Positions 48,888 through 59,386 of a stretch of 64,000 nt of DNA are shown here, piece after piece. Under the pieces are notes generated by a model. It was not told the DNA's origin. It saw only the letters and a program-made list of their open reading frames with translations, and did no database searches. The first letter of the stretch is position 1. Each line of letters begins with the position of its first letter. The position numbers and the translations under genes are program-made. The stretch is from an uncultured Nitrososphaerales archaeon. GTDB lineage: Archaea > Thermoproteota > Nitrososphaeria > Nitrososphaerales > Nitrososphaeraceae. The stretch lies in the NCBI GenBank assembly GCA_963713605.1, contig CAVQMO010000005.1:192001-256000 (forward strand), written 5' to 3'.

Positions 48888-50334
48888 ATGGTTTTGTTAA
48901 CATATGATAGAGGGACAATTATAATAACGGGACTTATGCATATCCCATTCGCTACACTAGACCCTCGGACCAATTCTCTTAGAGCACAAGCATTGAAATA
49001 TTACGATATTATCCAGTATCTGCGTGAAAGCGAAATAGAGTTACACTGACCGGGTTTTCGAACTCATACCTTCACCCCATTTCACGGTAAAAGATGTTTT
49101 ATTGAGGGATTATCAGCAAAAGGCCCTGAATAGATGGACTAGAGTTGGTATGAGAGGCTGTATTGTACTGCCAACAGGTGCTGGCAAGACGATATTAGGG
49201 GTTAAATCTATAGAAACCGTAAACTCTGCAGCGTTAGTAGTAGTGCCTACATTAGATCTAATGCATCAATGGACTGAAGTATTATCAAGCCACATAACAA
49301 ATACATCCATCGGAAATCTAGGTGGTGGATCCGAAGAAATAGAGGCGATTACTGTTGCTACCTATGACTCTGCATACATCAGAGCATCAAGCCTTGGCAA
49401 TAGATTCTCTTTTGTAATATTTGATGAAGTGCATCATCTGGCTGCGCCAGGATACAGATCAATAGCTGAACAACTGGCTGGTCCATACAGATTAGGTCTT
49501 ACTGCAACGATAGAAAGGGAAGATAAATTACATTTGGACTTTCCAAAATTAGTTGGTGGTGGCGTAGTCTTCGAGATCCACCCGACAGAGCTTGCAAAGA
49601 GCAAACATCTTGCATCATACGAAATCAAGAGGATACAAGTCGAATTGACCCCTCAGGAGCAGATCGAATATCAGAACAACTTCGGGACATACCAACTCTG
49701 CCTTAAGAAACTGGGAATTCGGATGAACTATCATGGCTCATTTAGAAGATTGATTATGATGTCGACAAAGAATAAGGTAGCCCGTGAAGCCTTGCTTGCC
49801 CGAAATAAGGCAATGGAAATCGCCTTAAACAGCAAATCAAAGCTGGAGGTATTGCGTAATATTCTTGCAGAGAATAGTGGTGTGAAAACTATAATTTTTA
49901 CTCAACATAATAGCTTGGTTTATACAATTGCCAATGAGTTTTTGATTCCTGCAATAACTCATAGAACAGACAAATTAGAAAGAAAGGATGTCTTATTAGG
50001 TTTCAAAGAAGGACGTTATTTGGCCATTGTTACATCTAAAGTATTAGATGAAGGAGTTGATGTCCCTGATGCAAAACTAGGCATCATAGTTAGTGGGACA
50101 GGGAGTGGAAGAGAATATATTCAAAGACTCGGTAGGCTTCTGAGACCTAAGCTGGCTAATACTGACGGTACTGATCAAAAAGCCAAACTAATCGAAATCA
50201 TATCTTCAAATACTCGTGAAATAGGTACCAGCAAAAGAAGGAAAAAAGCACTGACTAAAATCAATCAAAAACGAACAAAAGGGCAGGAAGACGAATATGA
50301 CGAATATATAGCGTACGAGGAACAGAATAATTAA
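48888..50334 (+). CDS. xpb: XPB/Rad25 family SF2 helicase, indel at ~49041
   Basis: LRDYQ, LPTGAGKT, DEVHH, LGLTAT, VLDEGVDVP, YIQRLGR; N-terminal MVLLTYDRGTI...RAQALKY joins after correcting GTTAC (49040-49044) to GTAC. Confidence 0.9.
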
Positions 50335-50485
50335 GGTTAGTTGAAGACCGAACATCAAATGACGGCCAACTCCATGTGTATCCATTTGCCGATCTCCGCA
50401 TTCTTGGGCAGATCCTATAGTAAGATAACTGTTGGCTGGAAAGATTTTTAGTTGCTCATTGCTCTAATATTGCAAGGTTGAAAAA

Positions 50486-51541
50486 TTGAGTCGAATTTGG
50501 CCAGAGTTTGTGAAGGCGAGACCAAAATTAACATTGAAATCTGCATCGAAGTTAATATTGGTGAGTATCATCTTGCTACCAAGTACATTTGTTGTTAGCA
50601 CCTTCAATTTCACTTATTTAAATACCGATGAGGCGACAAGGCATAATTACGCATTTGCGACTCTAGATAACGAAGCAAATTCATCGAAATCTTTGACTTC
50701 AGCTAGTCTGGACAACAGTCCTGGAAGTATAGAATATAACGCCAGGTATTTCTGTGGCACAATTATTGGCCAGGACGGTCCTCTTAGGCCCGGACGCTAT
50801 AATTCAGACATAAATATCTTTAACAGGCAACTGTATCCAGTCTCTTTTCTCTGGAATGCAGTTCCCTCTTCAACCCTTCAACCGAACAAAGAAACATCCC
50901 TTGATTCCAACCTTTTTACCGTTGACACTAATTACAGATTGCAAACCTTAGCGCCAGGAGATTCAATTAGCATGAGCTGCAAGGATTTTGTGCCCTCTTT
51001 TTCGTTATACTCAAATACCTCGGACGGTGTTGATAGATTCATTGAAGGAGTTTCCACTATAAGTGTTGATTTAGATCCATCAATTCAAGCTGCAATATCC
51101 TCCTCCTCTACGGGGATGGTCATATCTCAACCTTCAGGCGAAGCAACAAGCGAACCGAGTACCAACGTATTGAGTGTTGATGCTATCTACACCGTAAATG
51201 CCCTCGAGGTACCCAGTAGAGAGATTGTATTGCAACTTGTCGAGTACTTCATAAATAGAGAGGATACAAATGGAAAATTGCCTGCAGAATTAATTTCCAA
51301 ACCACTCAGTATCACGGTACCTATAAGGACAAATGAGACTGTGAATCCTGATACCCAGGTTAAAGACATTCTAACAAGAGAATATTCGTTGAATGCAACG
51401 GAAAGACAAAGTCTTGACATCACTATAAGAAATCTTAGTCTGGGCGTCGGAGCATTGGATGATAATCATGCTATTTCTCTACAGCGAATAAATGCATATC
51501 AACCGGCTCCTCGTTCTGCAAGTAACTCCACCTCACCTTAA
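50486..51541 (+). CDS. secreted hypothetical protein
   Basis: N-terminal hydrophobic segment; EY.A.Y.CG.......LRPG.Y..DINI.N beta-sandwich-like motif. Confidence 0.7.
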   Translation: MSRIWPEFVKARPKLTLKSASKLILVSIILLPSTFVVSTFNFTYLNTDEATRHNYAFATLDNEANSSKSLTSASLDNSPGSIEYNARYFCGTIIGQDGPLRPGRYNSDINIFNRQLYPVSFLWNAVPSSTLQPNKETSLDSNLFTVDTNYRLQTLAPGDSISMSCKDFVPSFSLYSNTSDGVDRFIEGVSTISVDLDPSIQAAISSSSTGMVISQPSGEATSEPSTNVLSVDAIYTVNALEVPSREIVLQLVEYFINREDTNGKLPAELISKPLSITVPIRTNETVNPDTQVKDILTREYSLNATERQSLDITIRNLSLGVGALDDNHAISLQRINAYQPAPRSASNSTSP

Positions 51542-51707
51542 GTTTATAAAGCAAAGATTACTACAAGTGATGGAATATCCGAACAGGTGCATCGAATCCT
51601 CTACTTTTACTGATTTCACAGTCAAACTGCTCACATTTGAAAATAGGACGATTTAATTCCTGCTGAAGTATTAATCGCTTTGTTAGTGACATGATTATGT
51701 AACCATT

Positions 51708-52244
51708 TTAAGTGCAGCAGATCAGATAAGCAATGAGTGTGCCCGCATTTTCAACTTTCTTCTCTTTTACTAAATCTTTCAACTGGGATACGGTTATTAT
51801 TTCAATGTCAGTGATTACCTCTGTGGCTTCGTATCTTGGCTTGTCGTTAGTTAGGTCAGTCGCTTTGAAAAGGTGAACCAATTGCTTTGATTTGCTTACT
51901 GAAGGGTGGTAACTATATACGTGCTCAATTACCCTTGCAACGTATCCTGTTTCTTCTAATAATTCACGCTTTGCCGTCGTCATCATATTCTCTCCAGGGT
52001 CTATATGGCCTGCGGGGAATTCAAGTAAGATCTTTTGCAGAGGATACCTGAATTGTTTAATCATGACCAAAGTATCATCATCAAGAAAAGGCACAATTAT
52101 GACAACATCGGGAGATTTGTACCAGGTATACTCAATCGTATTTCCACTGTTCGATACTTGAACTTTGTCTTGGTATAGTGTTATCCATCGATTTTCATAA
52201 ATTCGATTATTTTCAAGTGTCTTCCAATTAGTTGATATATTCAA
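51708..52244 (-). CDS. Nudix hydrolase (NudF/ADP-ribose pyrophosphatase-like)
   Basis: QFRYP....LEFPAGHIDPGE....TAKRELLEETGY. Confidence 0.92.
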   Translation of the reverse strand: MNISTNWKTLENNRIYENRWITLYQDKVQVSNSGNTIEYTWYKSPDVVIIVPFLDDDTLVMIKQFRYPLQKILLEFPAGHIDPGENMMTTAKRELLEETGYVARVIEHVYSYHPSVSKSKQLVHLFKATDLTNDKPRYEATEVITDIEIITVSQLKDLVKEKKVENAGTLIAYLICCT

Positions 52245-52442
52245 GCCTGCATTCCTTTTGCTTTAACATGTTTAAATATGTCACTCGAAGTTGGTCAGTG
52301 AGGAATTCTGTCATTTACATGTTCCTAGTCTCTTGGAACGAGGATGGCATTTGATTAGATTTTACCAAGTTGTTACGCGTGCTCGACCGGGTTAATCATG
52401 AAACTTATCAGATCACTATAATCAGGTACAGTTGTGTCTACT

Positions 52443-52844
52443 TTAACTATCTACGGCTAGATCACATCTACATAAATCTGTTATCCGTACTTTCGAATAT
52501 GCATTAATGAATCTTTTTGCATACATGTTAGCATTCTTCTCTGACCCTTTGTGCACACCCCCTCTTGATCTCAGATGGTGGTAGAACTCGTGAAGTACTA
52601 CAAAAGGATTGTAAAAGATTTCAGAATTCATAGCATAAATCCTGTTTTCATTTTGAACATACACAGCATATACAGTCTTCCTTTTTCCCTTGATAGTTCC
52701 TACAACTATTTCTGGAGGACAAATTCTGTAAAGGTCGCTCAAATCTGATAACGCTTGTTCAGTGTCCTTGTTAAGAATCATTTGTACAATCCTTGCCATG
52801 CTCTTTTCGTCTAACAAAATACTTGATGGAGAAGTATCGGACAT
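52443..52844 (-). CDS. minimal zincin-like protein
   Basis: VVLHEFYHH followed by E..AN.YA. Confidence 0.65.
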   Translation of the reverse strand: MSDTSPSSILLDEKSMARIVQMILNKDTEQALSDLSDLYRICPPEIVVGTIKGKRKTVYAVYVQNENRIYAMNSEIFYNPFVVLHEFYHHLRSRGGVHKGSEKNANMYAKRFINAYSKVRITDLCRCDLAVDS

Positions 52845-53566
52845 ATTCTTGATATAAGATTACGTCACTATTCTAATATGCTTTTGTCTCTGAAGCGATG
52901 AGTACAGATGCTCTGGATTATTCATGCCGGATAGCCGAAGAAGATAAGGAGATGTCCTTGACCACTAAGGTTACTACTAACATGATCACCACAACAACCT
53001 CCGTTTATTGAACAAATTGTAAGTTTATACTTTGAAGGAATTGGAAGAAATGTATTCAATACAAGAAACCGATATCATGATTAGAAGGTGATGGTAAATT
53101 GAACGTAAATTGCTAACAACCTAATTGATCGCAGATATATTATCATTAACTTAACGATTTCTAGACTGAAATACAATGTTATGTCTTGTTACTATCAACA
53201 TGTTCTGTAAGAAGGCTTGAGAGTCGGGACTTTTGGTGCTCTTTATTTTAGATCAGATATTACATATGAAGGAGGAAATTTTTAGATTGCTGCGGTGGAT
53301 TACAAACTAGAATCCCAGCCAATTAGAATTGTAGAAAATAAATCGAGGTGCATCACCGCATCCAGCTCTATTGATGGATCTCATATAGGCACTGGGATCA
53401 GAAATAGGCAAGAAGACCCACCTTACTTTCAGCTTCAGATGTGCCCATGTATGGCTGAACAAAATTTATAGTCTCCATGTTCCCGCTGGTAATATCATGT
53501 CATGAGCAACGAGCAAGAGAGCATTAATAGCAACGAACAAGAGACTTTTATATAACATCATTTACT

Positions 53567-54142
53567 ATGCAGGATGTGGACAAATATCTCACAATAGTGT
53601 TTGTTGCCTTCTTAGCTTCCCTTATACTCTTGACCACTTCCATTGACAAATCTTATGCACAGACTGGCATTAATGGCAGCAGTAATTCGATGGGGCCGAC
53701 AATTGGGTCGACTAATGGAACTTTTGCCTCCGCATTGGATCTGTTTGTAATACCAGACAGTATTGGAGGGTATGGTGTATATGAAGAACATCCTTCTAAT
53801 GCCTTTTCACCTGGAGAAGATATTGTGCTGTACGTAGAGCCAGTCGGATTTTCACATGAACCTGTAGGACCAACCTTGCCAGATAATCAAACTTTATACT
53901 TGATGAATTTTACGGCCGACATAGTAATTTCAGACACTGAGGGGAACGTCCTTGGAGGATTTCAAGATCTCCCAATACAGCAGATAGTTTCCCATCATCA
54001 AAATAAGGAAATAAATCTAGTAATTACGCTATCTCAATCTCAACCATTTCCGCCAGGCGACTATAGGCTCTTGTATACGATACATGATGAACCGTCTGGT
54101 AATACCTTTGAACTTGCAAAAGATGTGAAGATTACTTCTTAG
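53567..54142 (+). CDS. secreted Ig-like hypothetical protein
   Basis: Signal peptide ending SYAQ; GYGVYEE....F.PGE.I.LYVEP.GF, PPGDY.L.YTI.D. Confidence 0.75.
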   Translation: MQDVDKYLTIVFVAFLASLILLTTSIDKSYAQTGINGSSNSMGPTIGSTNGTFASALDLFVIPDSIGGYGVYEEHPSNAFSPGEDIVLYVEPVGFSHEPVGPTLPDNQTLYLMNFTADIVISDTEGNVLGGFQDLPIQQIVSHHQNKEINLVITLSQSQPFPPGDYRLLYTIHDEPSGNTFELAKDVKITS

Positions 54143-54500
54143 AATGGGTGATGTACGTTACCTACCTACTTGAGTGAATAATCATGTCACCTTAAAAGGA
54201 TCGTAATGGATTGGATTAGATGGAGGACGTAGACCTCCACCGTTTGCTTTATGAGTTTAGTACTATACTACTCCAACTGTCATATTGAAGTGTGCCAGAA
54301 GTTCATTTGGTCCTCTGACGTAACTTTATACTTATAAAGAAAGGAAATTAGAGGCTTTCATACTACTATACCAACTAAATATCTCTTTTACAGCAAAATC
54401 ACTCAGATTGCTCATTTAACAATAAAAAGTAAGAATATTGCTGAATATTGTCATATAGAAGAATTCAATATATAAATAACATAACTTTGCGCTCCTAATA

Positions 54501-55593
54501 ATGCAAGCAATAGCGATAATGCTTGCGTTGATCTTAGTGACAGGTTCGGCGTATAGCATGTTTATGTTAGGTGGTGAAGCAAAGGCACAACAACAACAAC
54601 CAAAACACGAAATAGGACAGCCAGACTATCTGAAGCAGTTTAACACCGGCATAACGAACAATTTGACGAACGGAACAACAGTCAGAAATTTCACACTGTT
54701 AACAGAAGAGACGCATCAAGTTCCCATTAGTACCAGGGAACAACTCGATGGACCAGATAGTTTTTCCTGGTTGGACGTATAACGGTACAATACCAGGACC
54801 CACGATGAGAATGACGGAAGGTGATCATGTTTTCATTACTGTGATTAACAGTCCAGAGTCAAAGCATTCCCACTCACTGCATATGCACTCACTACATTCA
54901 CCATCAATGGATGGTACATTTGGAGCATCAGGAGATATCCCACCAGGTGAAAGATTCACGTATCAGTTTGTGGCTGGGCCTGTAGGACTATACCCATATC
55001 ATTGCCATGTGGCTCCCATATTGGATCACATAAACCGTGGTTTATACGGTGCCATGATTATTGATCCCAAGGAGCCTAGACCAGCAGCTAATGAAATGAT
55101 GATGATGATGAATTCCTATGACTTGGATCTGAATGAAGATATGTCACCAACGTTTAGGGTGCCAACTGCTGCTGAGGCTAACCAAATTATGTATCCAGAT
55201 GAGGACTTGACACCAGAAGAGCAGGAAGAGGTAAGGCCTAAATTAGAAGTGGACAGGGGTAACGAGATTTACACGATTAATGGTAAGGCAAACCAGTACA
55301 TGAATGACCCCATAGAACTTGTGAAGGGAGAACCAGTTAGAATTTACCTATTGTCAATGACTGAGTTTGACCCAGTGAATTCATTCCACCTACATTCAGG
55401 GATGTTTAACTTCACAGCATCAGGAACAATGACCACACCTCCAACGCTGACAGACGTTGTAACACTAGCACAAGGAGATAGAGGAATTATAGAGTTTACG
55501 CCACAGCAAACAGGCCACATGATGATACATGCCCACGTTAATGAATTCACTGATTTAGGCTGGATGGGAGCGTTTGATGTAAAATCATCATAA
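54501..55593 (+). CDS. secreted two-domain multicopper oxidase (NirK/2dMCO superfamily), indel at ~54733
   Basis: WTYNGTIPGP, HSLHMH, YHCH...DHINRGLYG, NSFHLH, MIHAHV; the signal-peptide ORF joins after removing an extra C at GTACC 54730-54734. Confidence 0.9.
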
Positions 55594-55874
55594 TTAGCGC
55601 TGCCTTTTTTCAAATGGTCTCACAAGAAGGACATTCGAGAATGGGGAAATCCAAGCATCAAGAATGAGAAGTAGAAAAATTAAGGTCTCACGGTAAAACC
55701 GCTCAGAAATTGAGGTCCAAAAAAAGCGATTAAAGTCCCCACATTCGTTTTGTTGTATCAGCAGACTGATGTTACTCAAAAGCTAGACCAGTAACAAAGT
55801 ACAAGTTTTTTTTGTACTTGTATGCAAAGTATGCCAATAAGTTAACGACTTCCTCACGATTTTTTAGTGTGTTT

Positions 55875-56324
55875 TCAATCACTTAAACGGTTCTCAATCT
55901 CTATTTTAGATAATTCAGCCAAAGGAGCTACATACTCGTAGACAATTTGATCGCTCCTTGTTTTCCTAGTTATACCTCTTATTTCATTGACTTCTATCCG
56001 CGTTTTAATCCGCTGAAATCGCAACATAGCCTGACCAATCACAATTTTGAACCTCAAATTTCCAGATTGGAAATCCTCTTTTTCTAAGGTCCAGTGTTCA
56101 GATTCTTGAGTATTTTCGTCAATTTTTTGATTTTGATTCACAAAATGCGCCACCATTCTTTCGGATCTATCATCGTATTCGATCAAAAGTATCCTTTTAT
56201 CCCTATTAAATTCCAGAAGTATCCTGTCAGCCATGAAACTTTCGTCACCGGAGTACTGAATTTCTATCCTAGGGTTCGTTTGGGTCTCATCATTTTTGGT
56301 CATTATTGAATGGCTTCCAGCCAT
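55875..56324 (-). CDS. hypothetical protein
   Basis: 149 aa ATG ORF with globular composition. Confidence 0.6.
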   Translation of the reverse strand: MAGSHSIMTKNDETQTNPRIEIQYSGDESFMADRILLEFNRDKRILLIEYDDRSERMVAHFVNQNQKIDENTQESEHWTLEKEDFQSGNLRFKIVIGQAMLRFQRIKTRIEVNEIRGITRKTRSDQIVYEYVAPLAELSKIEIENRLSD

Positions 56325-56639
56325 CTAAAGAATGATTGGCCTATTAAAAAAAGCTATTCAGGAAAGGCATTAAGTAAAGCTTGAGCATTCATCAACAAAT
56401 TCACAACCTCATGGCTATGTTAAGGACAAAGGGGGCTGAATAAAAGGAATGCTTCCAAAGTTTCGTTAATACATTGGCCTATTATGAGTTCGAAATGGGA
56501 CGAAAGTGCATGACAAAAATGGCTCTCATGAATTGGATAGGCCCCTTTCCCCCTCTTCTAGTCCAATTTGTTACTCTGAAAGTATTTATTCTTGTATATT
56601 AACGGATATCCTTAACTGAAAGTAAATCGAAAGGCCACC

Positions 56640-57266
56640 ATGGTACAAGACAAGCAAACACGAAGTAATGGCGAAATTTCATATAGTTTAAGCAACACGC
56701 AGGCAAAACGAAAAGCTCTCAAGGACATAATTGTTATTGGAGGGATAGTATTGTTGACATGGTACTTCACAGCTTATGTTCTTTCACCAATGATTCCTCC
56801 TTGGGCCATGACATACATAAGAATTGCAGAGATTTTGATTATAGGTTACTTCTTTGTGGAAATAGTAAGCAATTTGGTATTCCGGCTGACTTCCACTTAT
56901 TTTGGAGAGACTGCACATTCTATCAAAATTTTCATGAGAATTGCTATTGCAATCGTAATCGCTGCAATTATAATTTCATACCTTAGTAAAGACCCATTTG
57001 TAGCAGCTTCCATAACTACAATCACAGGGTTGGTGATAGGATTTGCCTCGCAATCGCTTATCGGAAACCTCATAGCTGGTTTGTATTTGGCCAGCACAAG
57101 ACCATTCAAAGTTGGAGACAACATAACGGTATTTGGAAACACTGGCCTGATTTATGAAATAGGCCTCCTATACAGCAGACTCTTGTCAGATACAGGCGAC
57201 ATAATCATTGCATCCAATAATTCACTCGTGTCGGCCACGATTAAAATTCACAAGAAAGAAATTTGA
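56640..57266 (+). CDS. mscS: small-conductance mechanosensitive channel family protein
   Basis: GLVIGFASQ..IGNLIAG..L...RPFKVGD.I......G...EIGL.YS. Confidence 0.88.
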   Translation: MVQDKQTRSNGEISYSLSNTQAKRKALKDIIVIGGIVLLTWYFTAYVLSPMIPPWAMTYIRIAEILIIGYFFVEIVSNLVFRLTSTYFGETAHSIKIFMRIAIAIVIAAIIISYLSKDPFVAASITTITGLVIGFASQSLIGNLIAGLYLASTRPFKVGDNITVFGNTGLIYEIGLLYSRLLSDTGDIIIASNNSLVSATIKIHKKEI

Positions 57267-57592
57267 ATGGTATATTCTCATTAATAGCCGGTGGGGAATT
57301 GAAATAGAATTTTGAGGAACTTCAAACTAGTAATAATAATAACTTACAGGTGGAACTCTAGATTTATTAAACGATATCGTGATCCAAGTGCAGTGACTAA
57401 CTTCATAAATTTATGATCAATGGTAACCAAAGCGCCAGTCCGATAGCGGTGGTAGTGAAACTTTCTTTTAGAACTATAGAAGAATCTTATATTAGCGAAG
57501 TCTGCGAGATAGTTCTCTTAACAGTGAGGTACTATGAAGTGGACCTGTATCTACTTCAATAAGGTAATGGACGAAAAGAGAATTCATAGAAT

Positions 57593-57964
57593 TCAATCTA
57601 CACAAATTCCTGGGACCGCTACTTTCTTGAATAGATGAGGAGATGCTACTGTGCTTGCTGGAAACGCAGACATTCTGTCATTTGGGTTCATGACATTATT
57701 AACTGCCCTTTTGAAGTGCGCGGCAGATTCCCAAACTGCGTAGTTAACAAAGGTGCCGCTCCCGCCAATACCCTTGTGTAACTGTGTCGAAATAAATCCT
57801 GGTTGTTGCTTAAATTTCTCATTATCGGCAGCATACCCCTTGAGAAACTGATCAAATTCTTCAGGGTCTACACTGAATTTATTTATCAATATAACTGGAC
57901 CAACGTCTTCTTCCATTTGTGTGAAGATTCCAACTCGTTCATCCATCTCAACTAACTTTGCCAT
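57593..57964 (-). CDS. antibiotic biosynthesis monooxygenase (ABM) family protein
   Basis: PVILINKF.V, F..QPGFISTQLH.GIGGS..FVNYAVWES. Confidence 0.88.
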   Translation of the reverse strand: MAKLVEMDERVGIFTQMEEDVGPVILINKFSVDPEEFDQFLKGYAADNEKFKQQPGFISTQLHKGIGGSGTFVNYAVWESAAHFKRAVNNVMNPNDRMSAFPASTVASPHLFKKVAVPGICVD

Positions 57965-58236
57965 GTCGAACCATGAATTGAAAACAAAATATTTCAACCT
58001 TTCATCTTCATTGATGCCAGACCGGCAACGGCATCAGAAATAATCAACAAATCTAGATGCTAATCCGATACATACACACATCCATCATTTTTTTGAAATT
58101 TAATAAACAGGCTATATATACGTATCTATCTAACAGATACACACTTTTATATAAGATAGTTCTACCATATATTGAACAGCAACCATGGGTTTCACGGTGA
58201 AGCACTGTGCCAATCTGTTTACACGGGTGTTACACA

Positions 58237-58515
58237 TTGACCGGCAATCCTAGATGGGCTTGTGTTATGTGTGTAATGTATTCCTCGTAAGTACAGCGTA
58301 AAGCGCCACATCAACAATTTGCATGATGGCTTAGCAAATATCGTCTCATTCATTGATTATATTGCTGGGAGACGGCAGGGAGTCTATTTCCTAACCCAAT
58401 TCCAAGCTACTTGATGAAACAAAGCCAGACTGCTGCTTCGACCACACGACCAGCAGATATTATGAAAGATGAAACTTTCAGAGCCGCTGTACGAAAGTGG
58501 TTAGGAAATTTGTAA
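58237..58515 (+). pseudogene. fragmented small C2H2 zinc-finger protein
   Basis: PRWACVMCVMYSS(R)KYSVKRHINNLH...IVSFIDYIAGRRQG across at least two frame breaks; may be assembly errors. Confidence 0.5.
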
Positions 58516-59112
58516 TTAGGCCAATCTCTAAGGTATGCAAGTCTTATGACTATATTCGTGTAACTATAGTAGCATAATATCTATGTGACACAGATAACCA
58601 ATTCTGTATTCCAAGTATTTAATGTATAGTCACTTTGATTATTGGTTCGATAGTGCAAATGCGTACTTAGCGCTTGAGCAAAGTTTCAGGCTTAATCTAA
58701 TTTGCATGTCAGTATCTAAGTAAGTCCATCTGATCATTGATCTCGTACTATTAAAAATACAGTAGATGAGCATATTCAAATGAGGTTTTGGCTGCCATAT
58801 TCAGTACCGATCCAAATATTTTTGATTTACTTACTCGAAATGATGTAGACGTCTTCATCATATCAGGGAGCGCCTGAGAACCTAATTTATTCGGGGGAAA
58901 ATCTATCGAATTTCTGGCTTGACGCCACTAGGTAATATTTGATTCATTGATTGTCAGCTTAAAGCAATCTGCTTATTACAGAATAGAAGTGGTATTGTAT
59001 TAGTTCGTTAGTCGGTACCTGGAGATTATTCACAATCTTTTGAATTTGATTAGTATTAATACGAATATTCTGCAAGGTATAAAGCAAATAGACGCATGCA
59101 TTCGTATTGAAC

Positions 59113-59189
59113 ATGAAGGGAAGGCGGTATTACGGCTGTCATGATACTATAACAACACTGTAGTTCCATTCTTAATGCCTTCCCTTCAT
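59113..59189. repeat. perfect 13-bp inverted repeat with 51-nt spacer
   Basis: ATGAAGGGAAGGC (59113-59125) / GCCTTCCCTTCAT (59177-59189). Confidence 0.85.
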
Positions 59190-59327
59190 ATTTTGCAAAA
59201 AGGAATATCGAGCAACTACTGGACTAGATTTGGTCCTTCATAATTCATCTATAAATTGTACTAGCAGTCAGTTCGATTCAATAATTTAACATAATGGTGA
59301 AGATTAAATGAACCCATTATTAGGTTC

Positions 59328-59359
59328 AGTACCAATGAATACATCCATATATATAATAC
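59328..59359 (+). promoter_or_regulatory. TATA-containing promoter of beta-helix copy 3
   Basis: AGTAC-N9-CATCCATATATATAATAC ending 28 nt before ATG; 17/18 identical to the copy 2 motif. Confidence 0.65.
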
Positions 59360-59386
59360 AGATACTACAGATATTTCGATTTCGGA

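Noticed and set aside
54501..55593. Calling the copper protein nirK
   Set aside because: HxH motifs in both domains and an axial Leu fit a 2dMCO better, so no gene symbol was assigned.
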